Origin: an uncultured Rickettsiales bacterium | GTDB lineage: Bacteria; Pseudomonadota; Alphaproteobacteria; Rs-D84 | Assembly (NCBI GenBank): GCA_947176385.1 | Contig: CAMWQN010000001.1 | Coordinates: forward strand, 27,733 to 91,732 | Direction: 5' to 3' | Length of the DNA: 64,000 bases | Part shown: positions 15,865-26,776 of the stretch, piece after piece | Layout of the letters: each line of letters begins with the position of its first letter | Numbering within the stretch: position 1 is the stretch's first letter | Position numbers and translations under genes: made by a program | The notes under the pieces: model-generated | The model's input: only the letters and a program-made list of their open reading frames with translations | Database searches by the model: none | Told to the model about the DNA's origin: nothing

Positions 15865-17967
15865 TTACTGATTATTATTTAAAACCCCATTTAACAGTTC
15901 CGTCAGTGGCGCATTCAACCAATCTGGATCACCACGCTGTGCAGGTGCACCACGTTGCAATGCAGTCTTGCACGGTTCATCATCCGCCAGCCAGTTTTCC
16001 AACAAGTCACCTGCCAACAATCCGACACCGGCACCTGCAACCAATCCGATTCCACCTGTAAATGGCGCCAACAACAAGCCAATTCCTGTGGCAGATGCAA
16101 CCTTGCCCGCAACTGCCGCACCCGATATTCTTATATCAGGTTCAGATAAATTGCCAGTTATTTCTATTGAATTGACCACATTTCCTGTCAAAGACAACTT
16201 TATTCCACGGACAGGGACAGTTGTCAATGCCAAATGCATGGTTTCATTGCCTAAATTTACATCCCCAGCCAATCGAATATCTATCGCGTTCGTTTCGACG
16301 GCAACGCCCTGGCGTGTTTCTGCCAAGCCATCACGTAATTTTGTATTTACCGCAACACAAGATATATTCATCTGATTATACTTTTTATCCGACCGGAATA
16401 AATCCTGAATACTGTGCCGCAGGTTTGTTAAAAAATCCGCACCATACATATAAGATACCAATTCGGAATGTGCATACCCTGCCCCAATTGAATACAGTTG
16501 AACCGGACCAGTTATGGTTTGCATTACTTCGGACAGGTTGCGCCCATTTGCACGGGCATACGCTTCTATATTAACAGGCAAATCCGAAATCAAATTATCA
16601 AAACGCAATTGATGTAATAATGAACCGACAGAAATATTACGCCCCGCAGCACCTGCCTGCATAAATATGCGTCCATTGTTATCGATATCCCCATCTGCAC
16701 CGACGCGTATATTGCCACCTGCAAATACTGCTGCCCCATCGATACGAATATGATTATCTTTTAATTTTGCCGACACATCTAAATCACGAATGTTCAAATC
16801 ACGATATACAATAAAGTTATCAGCAATTAAACGAACACTTATTGCCCGTCCCAACATATCCTTGCCATACAATGGAATATCTTTAAAAGCGTTTAATTCG
16901 CGATTTAAATGCAGCTGTTTATTCCCAGCATATAATTCCGGGAACAATTCCATCAGGTTTATTGACTTTGATTCAATTTCAACCTTGTACGAAGGTTTAC
17001 GCCCCGACCAATCCATCGCGCCGGATATATTCAAATTTGTACCACGAACCGACAATGAAGATTTACGCAAAGTCAATTTTTTCCGATCAACACCACCCGC
17101 CAAATTAACACTTATTGCTGGCATATATGCTAAATCTAAATTAAACAAACGTCCAAACGATGCGATATCTGGAATATCACCCTTAATCTTGAAATCGATT
17201 GGGGCGCGACTGGTACCTTCCAGCGCAATGTTGGCAATCAATGCATCACCACCTGTTGCCAATGCAATACGAACCGGATATATTTTACGTTCCGAATTAT
17301 ATTTTGAATACGACACAATGAATGGGAAAACATCCTGATCAGACTTTATCCATCCGGCATATTCACGTTCATCAGCCTTGGGCACATAGCGTACAGAAAA
17401 ACCAACAACCTTGTAAGTATCCCCAACTATGTTTGCGACCAAATTACGAACCTGAATACCACCCAAGCCAGGGTCTTCGAATGGATAATCCGGCTGAACA
17501 AATACATCTGTGACATCTGTAATTTCTGATGGTTCTTCACCAGACGATGCAAATGGCTCAATCGAATATTTACCATCAGAATTTTTTTCTATATTAACAA
17601 CCGCATCATGTATGCGAACATTTTGAATCGTTGGGCGATCCTGGAACAATGATAACAAATTCAAGCGTACATCAATTCTGTCGGCACTGAATGCGTATTT
17701 TTCCTTTGCCCAAGATGCATTTAATACACGCACCTGATTTAATTCTATCCGTGGACGCAGTGAAAATTTCCAAGACACTGCACCTTCTATTTCGACCGGC
17801 AATCCTGTTGCATCACGCAAAACGGTCAAGACATTACCACGCAAAGTTTCCAGATTCACCTGGCTTAATGCGATAAACAGCGCAACAATCAGCCCCATAA
17901 AAAACAGACCGATAATTCGCATTATCATAAAGAAAGAACGTCTTTTCTTTATCGCCATGTTATTCAC
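15865..17967 (-). CDS. AsmA-family outer-membrane biogenesis protein
   Basis: 700 aa with an N-terminal TM anchor then a long beta-rich periplasmic region; AsmA-like N- and C-terminal segments. Confidence 0.55.
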   Translation of the reverse strand: MNNMAIKKRRSFFMIMRIIGLFFMGLIVALFIALSQVNLETLRGNVLTVLRDATGLPVEIEGAVSWKFSLRPRIELNQVRVLNASWAKEKYAFSADRIDVRLNLLSLFQDRPTIQNVRIHDAVVNIEKNSDGKYSIEPFASSGEEPSEITDVTDVFVQPDYPFEDPGLGGIQVRNLVANIVGDTYKVVGFSVRYVPKADEREYAGWIKSDQDVFPFIVSYSKYNSERKIYPVRIALATGGDALIANIALEGTSRAPIDFKIKGDIPDIASFGRLFNLDLAYMPAISVNLAGGVDRKKLTLRKSSLSVRGTNLNISGAMDWSGRKPSYKVEIESKSINLMELFPELYAGNKQLHLNRELNAFKDIPLYGKDMLGRAISVRLIADNFIVYRDLNIRDLDVSAKLKDNHIRIDGAAVFAGGNIRVGADGDIDNNGRIFMQAGAAGRNISVGSLLHQLRFDNLISDLPVNIEAYARANGRNLSEVMQTITGPVQLYSIGAGYAHSELVSYMYGADFLTNLRHSIQDLFRSDKKYNQMNISCVAVNTKLRDGLAETRQGVAVETNAIDIRLAGDVNLGNETMHLALTTVPVRGIKLSLTGNVVNSIEITGNLSEPDIRISGAAVAGKVASATGIGLLLAPFTGGIGLVAGAGVGLLAGDLLENWLADDEPCKTALQRGAPAQRGDPDWLNAPLTELLNGVLNNNQ

Positions 17968-17973
17968 CAGCCT

Positions 17974-18945
17974 TTATGGTATTTGAAATTCTAAAAATTT
18001 TATTACCGGCGCCATAAAATCAGGAACCGTTGCACGCAGTGTCATCATGCGCCCTGTCGTTGGGTGTTGAAATGTTATCTTGTGTGCAAATAAAAACAAG
18101 TTGTTTGTATTCAGCATTGCATCAATCGGCGCATCTGTTTTTACTGCGCCACCATATAACGGGTCACCAACAATCGGCGCATTTAACGAAAACGCGCTAT
18201 GCAGGCGCAGCTGATGCGTACGCCCTGTTTTTGGCATAAATAACACCCATGATAAATATCCCGCGGCATTCGACAGAACACGGTATTCTGTAACGGCACG
18301 CTGTGGACGTTGCCCCGTACCATCTGATACGCGGGTCGGTGCATCAAACACCTGTCCCTTGACCATATAATTATCAATAACACCGTTGGCAGGCGTTACA
18401 TTACCACGCAATAACGCCAAGTATTCTTTGTGCGCAGTCTTGCTTTGAAATTGTGCCGCCAGGTGCTGTGCCGCCCGCTGATTTTTTGCCACGACCAACA
18501 GCCCACTGGTCTCTTTATCAATTCGATGCACCAACGACACTTTGTCATACGGAAACAATGCTGCTGCCATTTTATCCACAGATTTGCGAATTCCTGTCCC
18601 ACCCTGGACAGCCAACCCTGCCGGCTTATTAAACACAACAATATCATTATCATTATGAATGATACATTTTCGCAATTGCTCTAAATCAGCCAAACTAAAT
18701 TTTTCGCCACTTTCTGTTTTTTTCTGTGGCGCGCCAGCATATCCAGATAACGTTGGCGGTACGCGAACCGCGTCACCAGTGCGCAAAACCTCGTGCCCAC
18801 GAACACGTCCTGCATTAACACGAATCTGTCCACCACGACACAGTTTATAAAATTCACGCTGTGGCATCGCTGGGAAACGACGCAAAAACCAGCGCATCAG
18901 CCGGATGCCATCTTCGGTCTGTGATACAACAATCGGTTCCGCCAT
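17974..18945 (-). CDS. RluA-family 23S rRNA pseudouridine synthase (RluC/RluD-like) with S4 domain
   Basis: N-terminal S4-like RNA-binding segment and the catalytic motif HRIDKETSGLLVVAKN. Confidence 0.75.
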   Translation of the reverse strand: MAEPIVVSQTEDGIRLMRWFLRRFPAMPQREFYKLCRGGQIRVNAGRVRGHEVLRTGDAVRVPPTLSGYAGAPQKKTESGEKFSLADLEQLRKCIIHNDNDIVVFNKPAGLAVQGGTGIRKSVDKMAAALFPYDKVSLVHRIDKETSGLLVVAKNQRAAQHLAAQFQSKTAHKEYLALLRGNVTPANGVIDNYMVKGQVFDAPTRVSDGTGQRPQRAVTEYRVLSNAAGYLSWVLFMPKTGRTHQLRLHSAFSLNAPIVGDPLYGGAVKTDAPIDAMLNTNNLFLFAHKITFQHPTTGRMMTLRATVPDFMAPVIKFLEFQIP

Positions 18946-18969
18946 AACAGTCCCCTGCGGTAAACTTAA

Positions 18970-19434
18970 TTATTCACCATATGTAATCTGGACAACATTC
19001 TGACCATTGGCGTCCGTACAACGACCACTTGCACCACCATTTCTGCCATTTGACATCTGGTATCCAACAGAATCCTGCCATGCTTTTGTAACAAACGCTT
19101 CACAATCAGATTGACTTAAGCCTTTTATCGTTACAATAAACTGACGTGAATTTGATGGGTCAACGGATAATTCATATGTGCCACCATACGGATTCTTGTT
19201 TTTCATACCGATTGCACCAAAGATTGTCGCATTATTTATGTGTGAAAAATCATCATATTCACCCAACAATTGACGAACCCCGGTCACAATCTGAATAACT
19301 TCGTCATTAACGGTGGTACGTTTTTGTGTACGCATTGCCATTGATATCATTCCAATTGCCCCAACGGTAATGACACCCATAATCGCCAACACACCTAACA
19401 TTTCAATCATTGAACGACCAGATTCCTGTTTCAT
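18970..19434 (-). CDS. prepilin-type pilin or pseudopilin (type IV pilus / T2SS-like major subunit)
   Basis: Short leader MKQESG followed by RSMIEMLGVLAIMGVITV: the class III signal G|xxxxE with Glu at +5, a hydrophobic alpha1 helix and a C-terminal Cys pair (C..C). Confidence 0.6.
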   Translation of the reverse strand: MKQESGRSMIEMLGVLAIMGVITVGAIGMISMAMRTQKRTTVNDEVIQIVTGVRQLLGEYDDFSHINNATIFGAIGMKNKNPYGGTYELSVDPSNSRQFIVTIKGLSQSDCEAFVTKAWQDSVGYQMSNGRNGGASGRCTDANGQNVVQITYGE

Positions 19435-19488
19435 GTCTGTATATCCTCTTATTTGCTATTTATTTTTTTATATAATATCATATTTAGC

Positions 19489-20913
19489 ATGAATATTCAA
19501 TTTTCAGATTTAATCGAAAACAGTCCTAATGCCCCGGGCGTCTACAAGATGTATGACGCGGATGGCACCCTGTTGTATGTTGGCAAAGCCAAGAATTTAG
19601 CAAACCGCCTGCGTCAATATATGGACATATCAAAACTAGAATTGCATAAGCAAATTATGCGTCCACTGGTCCGACGTGTTGAATGGGAAACAGTTGCGAC
19701 CGAATCGGACGCATTGGTACGCGAACAAGAATTAATAAAAACCCTGCGCCCAAAATATAACATTATGCTGACCGATGGGAAAATGTATCCCATGATTGCA
19801 TTAACAAATTCTGAGTTTCCACGTTTACTAAAATTCCGTGGTCGGGTTTCGCAACGTCGTGACGTATACGGTCCATACCCATCCGTCGGCGCATTAAATG
19901 AAACAATAAAGACAATTCAAAAGGTATGCCAACTGCGCACCTGCACAGATACATTTATGCGCAACCGCGCACGTCCATGCTTGTTGCATCAAATTGGGCG
20001 TTGCAGTGCGCCATGCGTCCTGCCACAAACAACATACAGCGATAATGTCGCATTGGCACGCAGAATATTGACCGGTGACAGTGAACCAATCATTGCTGAC
20101 CTGTCAAAACAAATGCAAAAATTTGCATCAAATATGGACTTTGAATCGGCTGCAATTGTACGCGATAAAATTGCAGCATTAACACATACATCAAATCGCG
20201 GTATAAAGCGGTCACCTGTACATAGCGCGAATTTAGACTGGGAAAATACAGTTACAGAATTAGAAAATTGGCTGGGCATAAAAATCAACATGGCGGGCGT
20301 CTTTGATAACTCACATTTATTCGGGAAAAGTCCTGTTGGTGCAATGATAACATTTAGTCATAATGGATTTGAAAAATCGGGATATCGACACTTTAAATTA
20401 CAAGACGCTAAACGCGCAGGAAATGATATTGCGATGATGTCTGAATTTGTTGGACGCGCTGTTGCGCGTGGTCCAAAATTGGATTTAATAATTGTCGATG
20501 GTGGTCCTGCACAATGGAACATTGCACATCGTCGCGCAGGTGCAGTACCAGTACTTGGTGTCACCAAGGGCGAGGTTCGCGATGGCGACGAACATTTTAT
20601 CATGCCAGACGGCAGTGTATATCGCGACATGCCCAAGGATTCAAAATTATTCTTGTTGTTGCGCGCTGTCCGTGATGAAGCACATCGTTTCGTTATAACA
20701 TATCATCGAACGACCCGCGCCAAGACAGTTACAGCATCAGTCTTGGACGAAATCGATGGCATTGGTCCAACCCGCAAACGTGCATTGCTGAACCACTTTG
20801 GCAGCACACGTAACATTGCAGACGCATCACTGCCTGCCCTGCAAAAAGTACCAGGCTTAGGAAAATCTGCCGCAGAAAAAATATATGCATATTTCCACAC
20901 AGACGTGGTATAA
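19489..20913 (+). CDS. uvrC: excinuclease ABC subunit C (short form, about 474 aa)
   Basis: GIY-YIG N-terminal domain (GVYKMYDADGTLLYVGKAKNLANR), a Cys-rich region and a C-terminal HhH (IDGIGPTRKRALLNHFGS). Start taken at MNIQF. Confidence 0.7.
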   Translation: MNIQFSDLIENSPNAPGVYKMYDADGTLLYVGKAKNLANRLRQYMDISKLELHKQIMRPLVRRVEWETVATESDALVREQELIKTLRPKYNIMLTDGKMYPMIALTNSEFPRLLKFRGRVSQRRDVYGPYPSVGALNETIKTIQKVCQLRTCTDTFMRNRARPCLLHQIGRCSAPCVLPQTTYSDNVALARRILTGDSEPIIADLSKQMQKFASNMDFESAAIVRDKIAALTHTSNRGIKRSPVHSANLDWENTVTELENWLGIKINMAGVFDNSHLFGKSPVGAMITFSHNGFEKSGYRHFKLQDAKRAGNDIAMMSEFVGRAVARGPKLDLIIVDGGPAQWNIAHRRAGAVPVLGVTKGEVRDGDEHFIMPDGSVYRDMPKDSKLFLLLRAVRDEAHRFVITYHRTTRAKTVTASVLDEIDGIGPTRKRALLNHFGSTRNIADASLPALQKVPGLGKSAAEKIYAYFHTDVV

Positions 20914-20941
20914 TAAATTATTGAAAAACAAAGGAGAAACT

Positions 20942-21541
20942 ATGAAATTTTTTGTTAACTTTTTATCCGCATTTCGCATATTTGCGGCATTTGCGATAAT
21001 CCCATCATTGATGTTCCAATTATACTGGACAGCATTTATTCTGTTTGTATTGGGTGCAATATCAGATTGGTTTGATGGATGGCTTGCACGTAAATACAAT
21101 GTATGCAGCAAGATTGGTGGCGTAATGGATCACATCGGTGATAAATTATTGGTTGCCAATACGTTGATAATGTTGTCTGTTATGATGCCGGTATGGTTCA
21201 TCGTTGTACCAACAATTATTATGATTGCACGTGAATTATATATCAGTGGTCTGCGTGAATTCCTGGGCACCCAGAAAATTGAAATGCCAGTACCCAAGGC
21301 ACGTTTTTCAATGGGTAAAATAAAGACAACTTTACAGATGATTGCAGCTGGTGCATTCATGTTAATGTTTGCAATAACTGTTTTAATTACCCCAACAACG
21401 ACCGGTCGTATTTGGATATATCTGATTACATGGTTGCCACAAATTGGAATATTTGGTCTGTGGTTTGCATTGGTTGCATCCATCTGGTCTGCGACACAAT
21501 ATACTATGACCTTTGCAGAAAAATTAAAGAAAATAAAATAA
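20942..21541 (+). CDS. pgsA: CDP-diacylglycerol--glycerol-3-phosphate 3-phosphatidyltransferase
   Basis: CDP-alcohol phosphatidyltransferase motif DWFDGWLARK....GGVMDHIGDKLL; multi-TM. Confidence 0.8.
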   Translation: MKFFVNFLSAFRIFAAFAIIPSLMFQLYWTAFILFVLGAISDWFDGWLARKYNVCSKIGGVMDHIGDKLLVANTLIMLSVMMPVWFIVVPTIIMIARELYISGLREFLGTQKIEMPVPKARFSMGKIKTTLQMIAAGAFMLMFAITVLITPTTTGRIWIYLITWLPQIGIFGLWFALVASIWSATQYTMTFAEKLKKIK

Positions 21542-21613
21542 CAAATTTATAGATATAAAAAAAATGCGCTATATGCAGCAAATCATGCACATAGCGCGTT
21601 TTTTTACCCTCAA

Positions 21614-22747
21614 TTAAAACCAACTTTTTCTGCCAGATTTTGTACCGGCAAATTCATTCAATAATTTCTTTTGTTCATCTGTTAATTTTGTCGGAATACG
21701 AATCGCGATTTCAATGTACATGTCACCATATGATGCGCCACGTCCTGTTGGCATACCATGACCGCGTACACGCAACCGTTCACCAACCTGGGTACCACTG
21801 GGAACCTTGACTGACAGGGTTTTATCGTCGATGGTTTGAACCTCTATTTCGCCACCCAGCGCAAGTGTTGTAAATGGTACATCGATGCGCGTAATTAAAT
21901 CTGCCCCCTGGCGTTCAAAACGCTTGTCTGGGCGTACGCGTACATCCAGATAGAAATCACCCGCGGGGGCACCATTGGCACCTGCCTCGCCCTGACCTGC
22001 CAGACGCAGGCGTGCACCATCTTCTATTCCTGCTGGGATTTTTACATCCAATGTGCGACTTTTGTGAACAGTACCTGTTCCATCACATTCAGAACATTTT
22101 TTATCAATCTTGTGCCCCAGCCCATTACATTCTGGACACGGTGTTTCCATTGCAAAAAATCCCTGGCGTGTATGAACATAACCCGTTCCCCCACAACGCG
22201 AACATTTGGGCGCCGATTTACCATCTGCGGTACCATTGCCATGGCATTTATCACATTCAACATTTGTTGAAAATTTAACTGTATGCGTTGTTCCAAAATA
22301 TGCATCACGCAGGTCAATTACAACCTCGTCCAGTAAATCACGTCCGGCGCGTTGTGATGCACCCCGCCCCGCTGATGCGCCATCAAATCCACCAAATCCG
22401 AAACCACGCATAGCCTCGCGCAGGATATCTTCCATACCCGCGCCACCAGCGCCCCCCATATTAAAATCAAATCCACCAAATGGATTACCGCCAAATCCGG
22501 CGCCAGCTGATGCGCCATTCCCACCGGCAAAGGCAGCATTTCCAAATCTGTCATATGCCGCACGTTTTTGTGGGTCTTTCAAGATATCAAATGCGTTATT
22601 TACTTCTTTGAACTTTTCTTCGGCTGATTTATCCCCCGGATTTTTATCAGGATGATATTTCAAGACCAATTTATGATACGCCTTTTTGATATCGGCGTCC
22701 GTAGCGTCACGCGCCACGCCCAGTACTTCGTATGGATTCTGATTCAT
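21614..22747 (-). CDS. dnaJ: chaperone DnaJ
   Basis: J domain with HPD (YHPDKNPGD), a G/F-rich linker, four CxxCxGxG zinc-finger repeats and a C-terminal domain. Confidence 0.9.
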   Translation of the reverse strand: MNQNPYEVLGVARDATDADIKKAYHKLVLKYHPDKNPGDKSAEEKFKEVNNAFDILKDPQKRAAYDRFGNAAFAGGNGASAGAGFGGNPFGGFDFNMGGAGGAGMEDILREAMRGFGFGGFDGASAGRGASQRAGRDLLDEVVIDLRDAYFGTTHTVKFSTNVECDKCHGNGTADGKSAPKCSRCGGTGYVHTRQGFFAMETPCPECNGLGHKIDKKCSECDGTGTVHKSRTLDVKIPAGIEDGARLRLAGQGEAGANGAPAGDFYLDVRVRPDKRFERQGADLITRIDVPFTTLALGGEIEVQTIDDKTLSVKVPSGTQVGERLRVRGHGMPTGRGASYGDMYIEIAIRIPTKLTDEQKKLLNEFAGTKSGRKSWF

Positions 22748-22927
22748 TTTGTATATCTCTATATTTATGCGTTACAGACTATATAAGTCCATTATACAAA
22801 AAATCAAGACCAATAAAATGTACATAATTCAAAAATAACGTATTTCGGAAAACAAACCTGATTTCATAGTCATCATCAAATTGTTTGCTTGCGAAAACTC
22901 TAAAAATACGCTAATAATAAGGTCACT

Positions 22928-24907
22928 ATGACAGAAAAAAATACACAAACATACGACGCATCAGATATTCAGGTTCTGGAAGGTTTAGAACCTGTTCGTC
23001 TGCGCCCTGGGATGTATATCGGTGGCACGGATGAAAAGGCTTGGCATCACCTGCCAATTGAAATTATGGACAACAGTATTGACGAGGCTGTTGCCGGTTT
23101 CGCCAAAAAAATTACTGTAAACCTGATTGATTCAAAAACGATTGAAATTATCGACGATGGACGTGGTATCCCAGTTGATGAACATCCAAAGTATCCTGGC
23201 AAATCCGCATTAGAGGTTATTTTAACCACACTGCATTCTGGTGGTAAGTTTAATAATAATGTGTATAAAACCAGTGGCGGTTTGCATGGGGTGGGCTCAT
23301 CAGTTGTAAACGCCCTGTCATCAGAAATGATTGTAACAATTTCGCGCGATGGGTTCACTTGGCGCCAGACTTTTTCACGTGGCAAACCAACCAGTCCAAT
23401 GACCCGCGGGGACGCAACAAACGCGCACGGTACCGCAATCCGATTTACAATCGATGATGAAATATTCGGCACAAACGCCGTGTTTAAACCGGTCAAGATT
23501 TATCGTATGGCACGGGCAAAATCATTCTTGTCCCGTGGGGTTCGCGTTGTATGGCATTGCAACCCGGCATTATTGACCGAGGATATGAATATCCCAGCCG
23601 ATACAACATTCTATTATCCAAATGGTGTTGCCGATTTCTTGGAAGAAAAGACCGCATCTAAGCCACGCATTTTGCCACGTATATTTTCGGGCAATGTTGA
23701 TTTCCCAGATGGGTCTGGTCGCGTTGAATGGGCATTGACATTCTTAACCGATGAAAATGGCGCCGCATCTGATGATGGATTCTTTTCGTCATACTGTAAC
23801 ACGATTGCGACGATTGATGGCGGGACACATGAAACCGGTTTCAAGGCTGCAATTACCCGTGGGATAAAGGCATACGGGGACAAAGTAAATAATAAATCTG
23901 CCGCAACAATTATCAGTGATGACGTATTTGATTCTGTTGCAGCGATTGTATCTGTATTCTATAAAACGCCACAATTCCTGGGTCAGACCAAGGAAAAGTT
24001 ATCTAATCCAGAGGTTGCCCGCTATACCGAAAATGCACTGCGTGACCCATGGGAAATATTCTTGGCATCCGATCCAAAGACTGCAAATGCAGTATTAGAT
24101 TTTGTTGTAAATCTGGCGAACGCCCGCATCAAGACAAAACAGGTCAAGGATGTTGCCCGCAAAACCCCGACCAAGCGCATCCGCATGCCGGCAAAATTGG
24201 CTGACTGCACCAAGCATGGTGTCGAAGGAACCGAATTATTTATAGTTGAGGGTGAATCTGCTGGCGGTACAGCAAAGCAAGCACGCGATCGCGCGACCCA
24301 GGCAATTATGCCACTGCGTGGGAAAGTCTTGAACGTATTTTCAAATTCCGATGAACGCTTTGGCGCGAACAAGGAATTAAATGAACTGATTGACATTATC
24401 GGTGCCGGCACGGCTAAGGACTGGAACGAAGATAAATTACGCTATGAAAAAATCATCGTTATGACCGATGCTGACGTCGATGGCAGCCATATCGCATCGT
24501 TGCTTATGGCATTCTTTTATCAGCATATGCCCCAGTTGATATATGGTGGTCACCTGTATTTATCATGCCCACCACTGTACAAATTAACGCATGGCACCGA
24601 ATCGATGTATATCGATACAGACGAAGAACTGGAAGAATTAAAGAACGGCAAATTCAAGAACAAGAAAGTCGAAATATCACGATTCAAAGGTCTGGGTGAA
24701 ATGATGCCGAATCAGTTAAAGGAAACAACAATGTCGCCCAAGACACGTCGTCTGATTCGCGTTGACCTGCCCCCACGTACGGACGAAGGCGCCGAAGACA
24801 CAGAAAAGACAAAAACAATCGTAACCGAACTGATGGGCAAAAAACCGGAATTTCGTTTCCGCTTTATTACCGAACACGCCCAGTTCGTCAAAGACTTGTT
24901 TGTTTAG
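22928..24907 (+). CDS. parE: type IIA topoisomerase ATPase subunit, most consistent with topoisomerase IV subunit B (ParE) by length
   Basis: 659 aa. GHKL ATPase, TOPRIM (EGESAGG, DADVDGSHI) and the PLxGK motif. It lacks the roughly 150-aa insert of proteobacterial GyrB. Confidence 0.7.
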   Translation: MTEKNTQTYDASDIQVLEGLEPVRLRPGMYIGGTDEKAWHHLPIEIMDNSIDEAVAGFAKKITVNLIDSKTIEIIDDGRGIPVDEHPKYPGKSALEVILTTLHSGGKFNNNVYKTSGGLHGVGSSVVNALSSEMIVTISRDGFTWRQTFSRGKPTSPMTRGDATNAHGTAIRFTIDDEIFGTNAVFKPVKIYRMARAKSFLSRGVRVVWHCNPALLTEDMNIPADTTFYYPNGVADFLEEKTASKPRILPRIFSGNVDFPDGSGRVEWALTFLTDENGAASDDGFFSSYCNTIATIDGGTHETGFKAAITRGIKAYGDKVNNKSAATIISDDVFDSVAAIVSVFYKTPQFLGQTKEKLSNPEVARYTENALRDPWEIFLASDPKTANAVLDFVVNLANARIKTKQVKDVARKTPTKRIRMPAKLADCTKHGVEGTELFIVEGESAGGTAKQARDRATQAIMPLRGKVLNVFSNSDERFGANKELNELIDIIGAGTAKDWNEDKLRYEKIIVMTDADVDGSHIASLLMAFFYQHMPQLIYGGHLYLSCPPLYKLTHGTESMYIDTDEELEELKNGKFKNKKVEISRFKGLGEMMPNQLKETTMSPKTRRLIRVDLPPRTDEGAEDTEKTKTIVTELMGKKPEFRFRFITEHAQFVKDLFV

Positions 24908-24928
24908 GGAAACCAGACAAGCATCCAC

Positions 24929-24960
24929 ATCCGCCAATTTTTATTGGTGGATTATTTTTT
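24929..24960 (+). terminator. rho-independent terminator after parE
   Basis: atccgccaat-tttt-attggtggat hairpin followed by a T run. Confidence 0.65.
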
Positions 24961-24970
24961 GCTCACCCTA

Positions 24971-24999
24971 TTGACAATTTTTGTTTTTGTATTATATTT
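24971..24999 (+). promoter_or_regulatory. sigma70-like promoter (TTGACA-N16/17-TATATT) for the 25041 gene
   Basis: TTGACA at 24971-24976 and an AT-rich -10 at 24993-24999. Confidence 0.35.
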
Positions 25000-25040
25000 A
25001 TGTATGTGAGTGATAGATAACCAAACCGAAAGGAGTTGAT

Positions 25041-25679
25041 ATGTTAAAGAACTTATTTAAACGTGGCAAATCACAAGTTGAACATCCGGCGAAACCAGCT
25101 GCACGCGAATTTAAGCCAACCAAAAAGATGAAAAATACATATATTGTACAATTGAATACAATGACTATGCCGGGTGCATTTGAACTGTGTCCAAACACAC
25201 CATTGGCTGTTATAAAAATAAATGGAATCGAAACAGACAATGCCAAGGGTGGTTTTATGTCATGCACACAATTTCCAAACCCAGGCGCATCAGCAATCGA
25301 AAGTGTATGGCACAATGCCCCAGAATGGCGTATTATCATGGGCAGCACCGCAACAACAATTATTGAATACCTGGACAAAAAGTCAGGTAAACCTGCATTG
25401 ATATTGTACCCAACTGGTCATGTACAGTCATTGATTGCGAACGAAGATGCCAATAAAGTCATCGGCACACGTTTGAATCATGCATCACGTCGTGACTTTA
25501 TATACCAATACAATAAAATTATCGAATTGGTCGAAATTGTAAATCCGCTGATCGATATACGCAACCAGGCAATGCGACGCGCCCCACAAAACTACGAAGC
25601 GCGCCAAGAATTCTTTACAGAACTGAATCGCGCACAAATCGAACGCGCGAAACAAATTGTCGCTGCGCGTCAAAAATAA
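25041..25679 (+). CDS. hypothetical protein
   Basis: 212-aa ORF with a good RBS (aaggagttgat ATG). No recognisable motifs. Confidence 0.35.
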   Translation: MLKNLFKRGKSQVEHPAKPAAREFKPTKKMKNTYIVQLNTMTMPGAFELCPNTPLAVIKINGIETDNAKGGFMSCTQFPNPGASAIESVWHNAPEWRIIMGSTATTIIEYLDKKSGKPALILYPTGHVQSLIANEDANKVIGTRLNHASRRDFIYQYNKIIELVEIVNPLIDIRNQAMRRAPQNYEARQEFFTELNRAQIERAKQIVAARQK

Positions 25680-25730
25680 ATAATGAAAATCCCCTAAAAA
25701 GAAACACCGCAATCCCTGCGGTGTTTCTTT

Positions 25731-26765
25731 TTACTGTTGAATACCAACATTAAACTGGTCGGCAAAGCCTGCCACGCGCTGACCGCCGATTACGCAATTT
25801 ATATCTTCGAATCCGCCCTTTACCTGATTCTTTTTTATAACATTACTGGTTATTACACCGCCGACGGTACCCAGCACAACACCGGCAACCGAATCAGATG
25901 CCAGACGTGCTGTATTAAATTTACCATCTGCATTCTTCCAATGACTGCGATTACGATACCAATCATCAGATATCCCATTCAATTCAGATATTTTTTCTTG
26001 AATCGCTCTCAGTTTTTCATCCGCCGCGGGCTGGTTTGCTGCAAATTGTTCACGGCGCTGAACCTCTGGCTTTTTCTCGCACGCATCGCCAAAAACATTG
26101 ACAGTCCAATCATCTGGATTTGCAATGGTATTACCATCTGGGTCTTCTATACATTTACAAATATGCCGTAATGGATCCCATTCTACATCACCTTGGAAAT
26201 CACGACTTGATGCGAAACCGTTGCATTCTGCTTCGCCTGGCAATGCAACACATTGCGAACCATTCCATTGATAGTGTATTGAATCTACACATTGGCATAA
26301 CCCAAGTTTAGCATTCCATGTAGTATCATTGGCGTTAATACATGCTTCATATTCATCTGTATTTTCGCAGCGCATTGTTACGTCATTCCATTCATAACGA
26401 TTATCACCACAATCACAATATGTATCATTCCAACGTGCTGGCGCGCCAGAACTTTCACATGCCGCTGCCTTGGACGCACACTGCTGATACAAATCTGATG
26501 GCACAGAATGTGGTTCCAAACGATAGAATCCAGGATTGCACGTTCCAATACCGTATATCAAATTACCATCTTTACAATATACATAGCATTCGGATGCATT
26601 TGACAAAGAATATGTCGCACAATTAACCAATTGTCGTGCACCATCAACCAAATCGAATCCACCAGAATTACATTTGTCCCCAACAGTTGCCACGGCATGT
26701 GCGAACGGCATGGTCACAACAGACATAAATCCCGCAAAGATGCAACATACAAATATCTTTTTCAT
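25731..26765 (-). CDS. secreted Cys-rich repeat protein with a conserved C-terminal glycine-zipper-like module
   Basis: 344 aa. Signal peptide, then repeated C.C.D..Y.WN....C units (CDCGDNRYEWND, CQCVDSIHYQWNGSQC). The C-terminal 70 aa, HWKNADGKFNTARLASDSVAGVVLGTVGGVITSNVIKKNQVKGGFEDINCVIGGQ.., are about 80% identical to the C-terminus of the adjacent 699-aa protein. Confidence 0.6.
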   Translation of the reverse strand: MKKIFVCCIFAGFMSVVTMPFAHAVATVGDKCNSGGFDLVDGARQLVNCATYSLSNASECYVYCKDGNLIYGIGTCNPGFYRLEPHSVPSDLYQQCASKAAACESSGAPARWNDTYCDCGDNRYEWNDVTMRCENTDEYEACINANDTTWNAKLGLCQCVDSIHYQWNGSQCVALPGEAECNGFASSRDFQGDVEWDPLRHICKCIEDPDGNTIANPDDWTVNVFGDACEKKPEVQRREQFAANQPAADEKLRAIQEKISELNGISDDWYRNRSHWKNADGKFNTARLASDSVAGVVLGTVGGVITSNVIKKNQVKGGFEDINCVIGGQRVAGFADQFNVGIQQ

Positions 26766-26776
26766 ATTACATATTC

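Noticed and set aside
15968-16375. Plus-strand ORFs inside the AsmA-family gene (also 16790-17338)
   Set aside because: They are antisense to a long, well-supported minus-strand ORF and have no independent signals.
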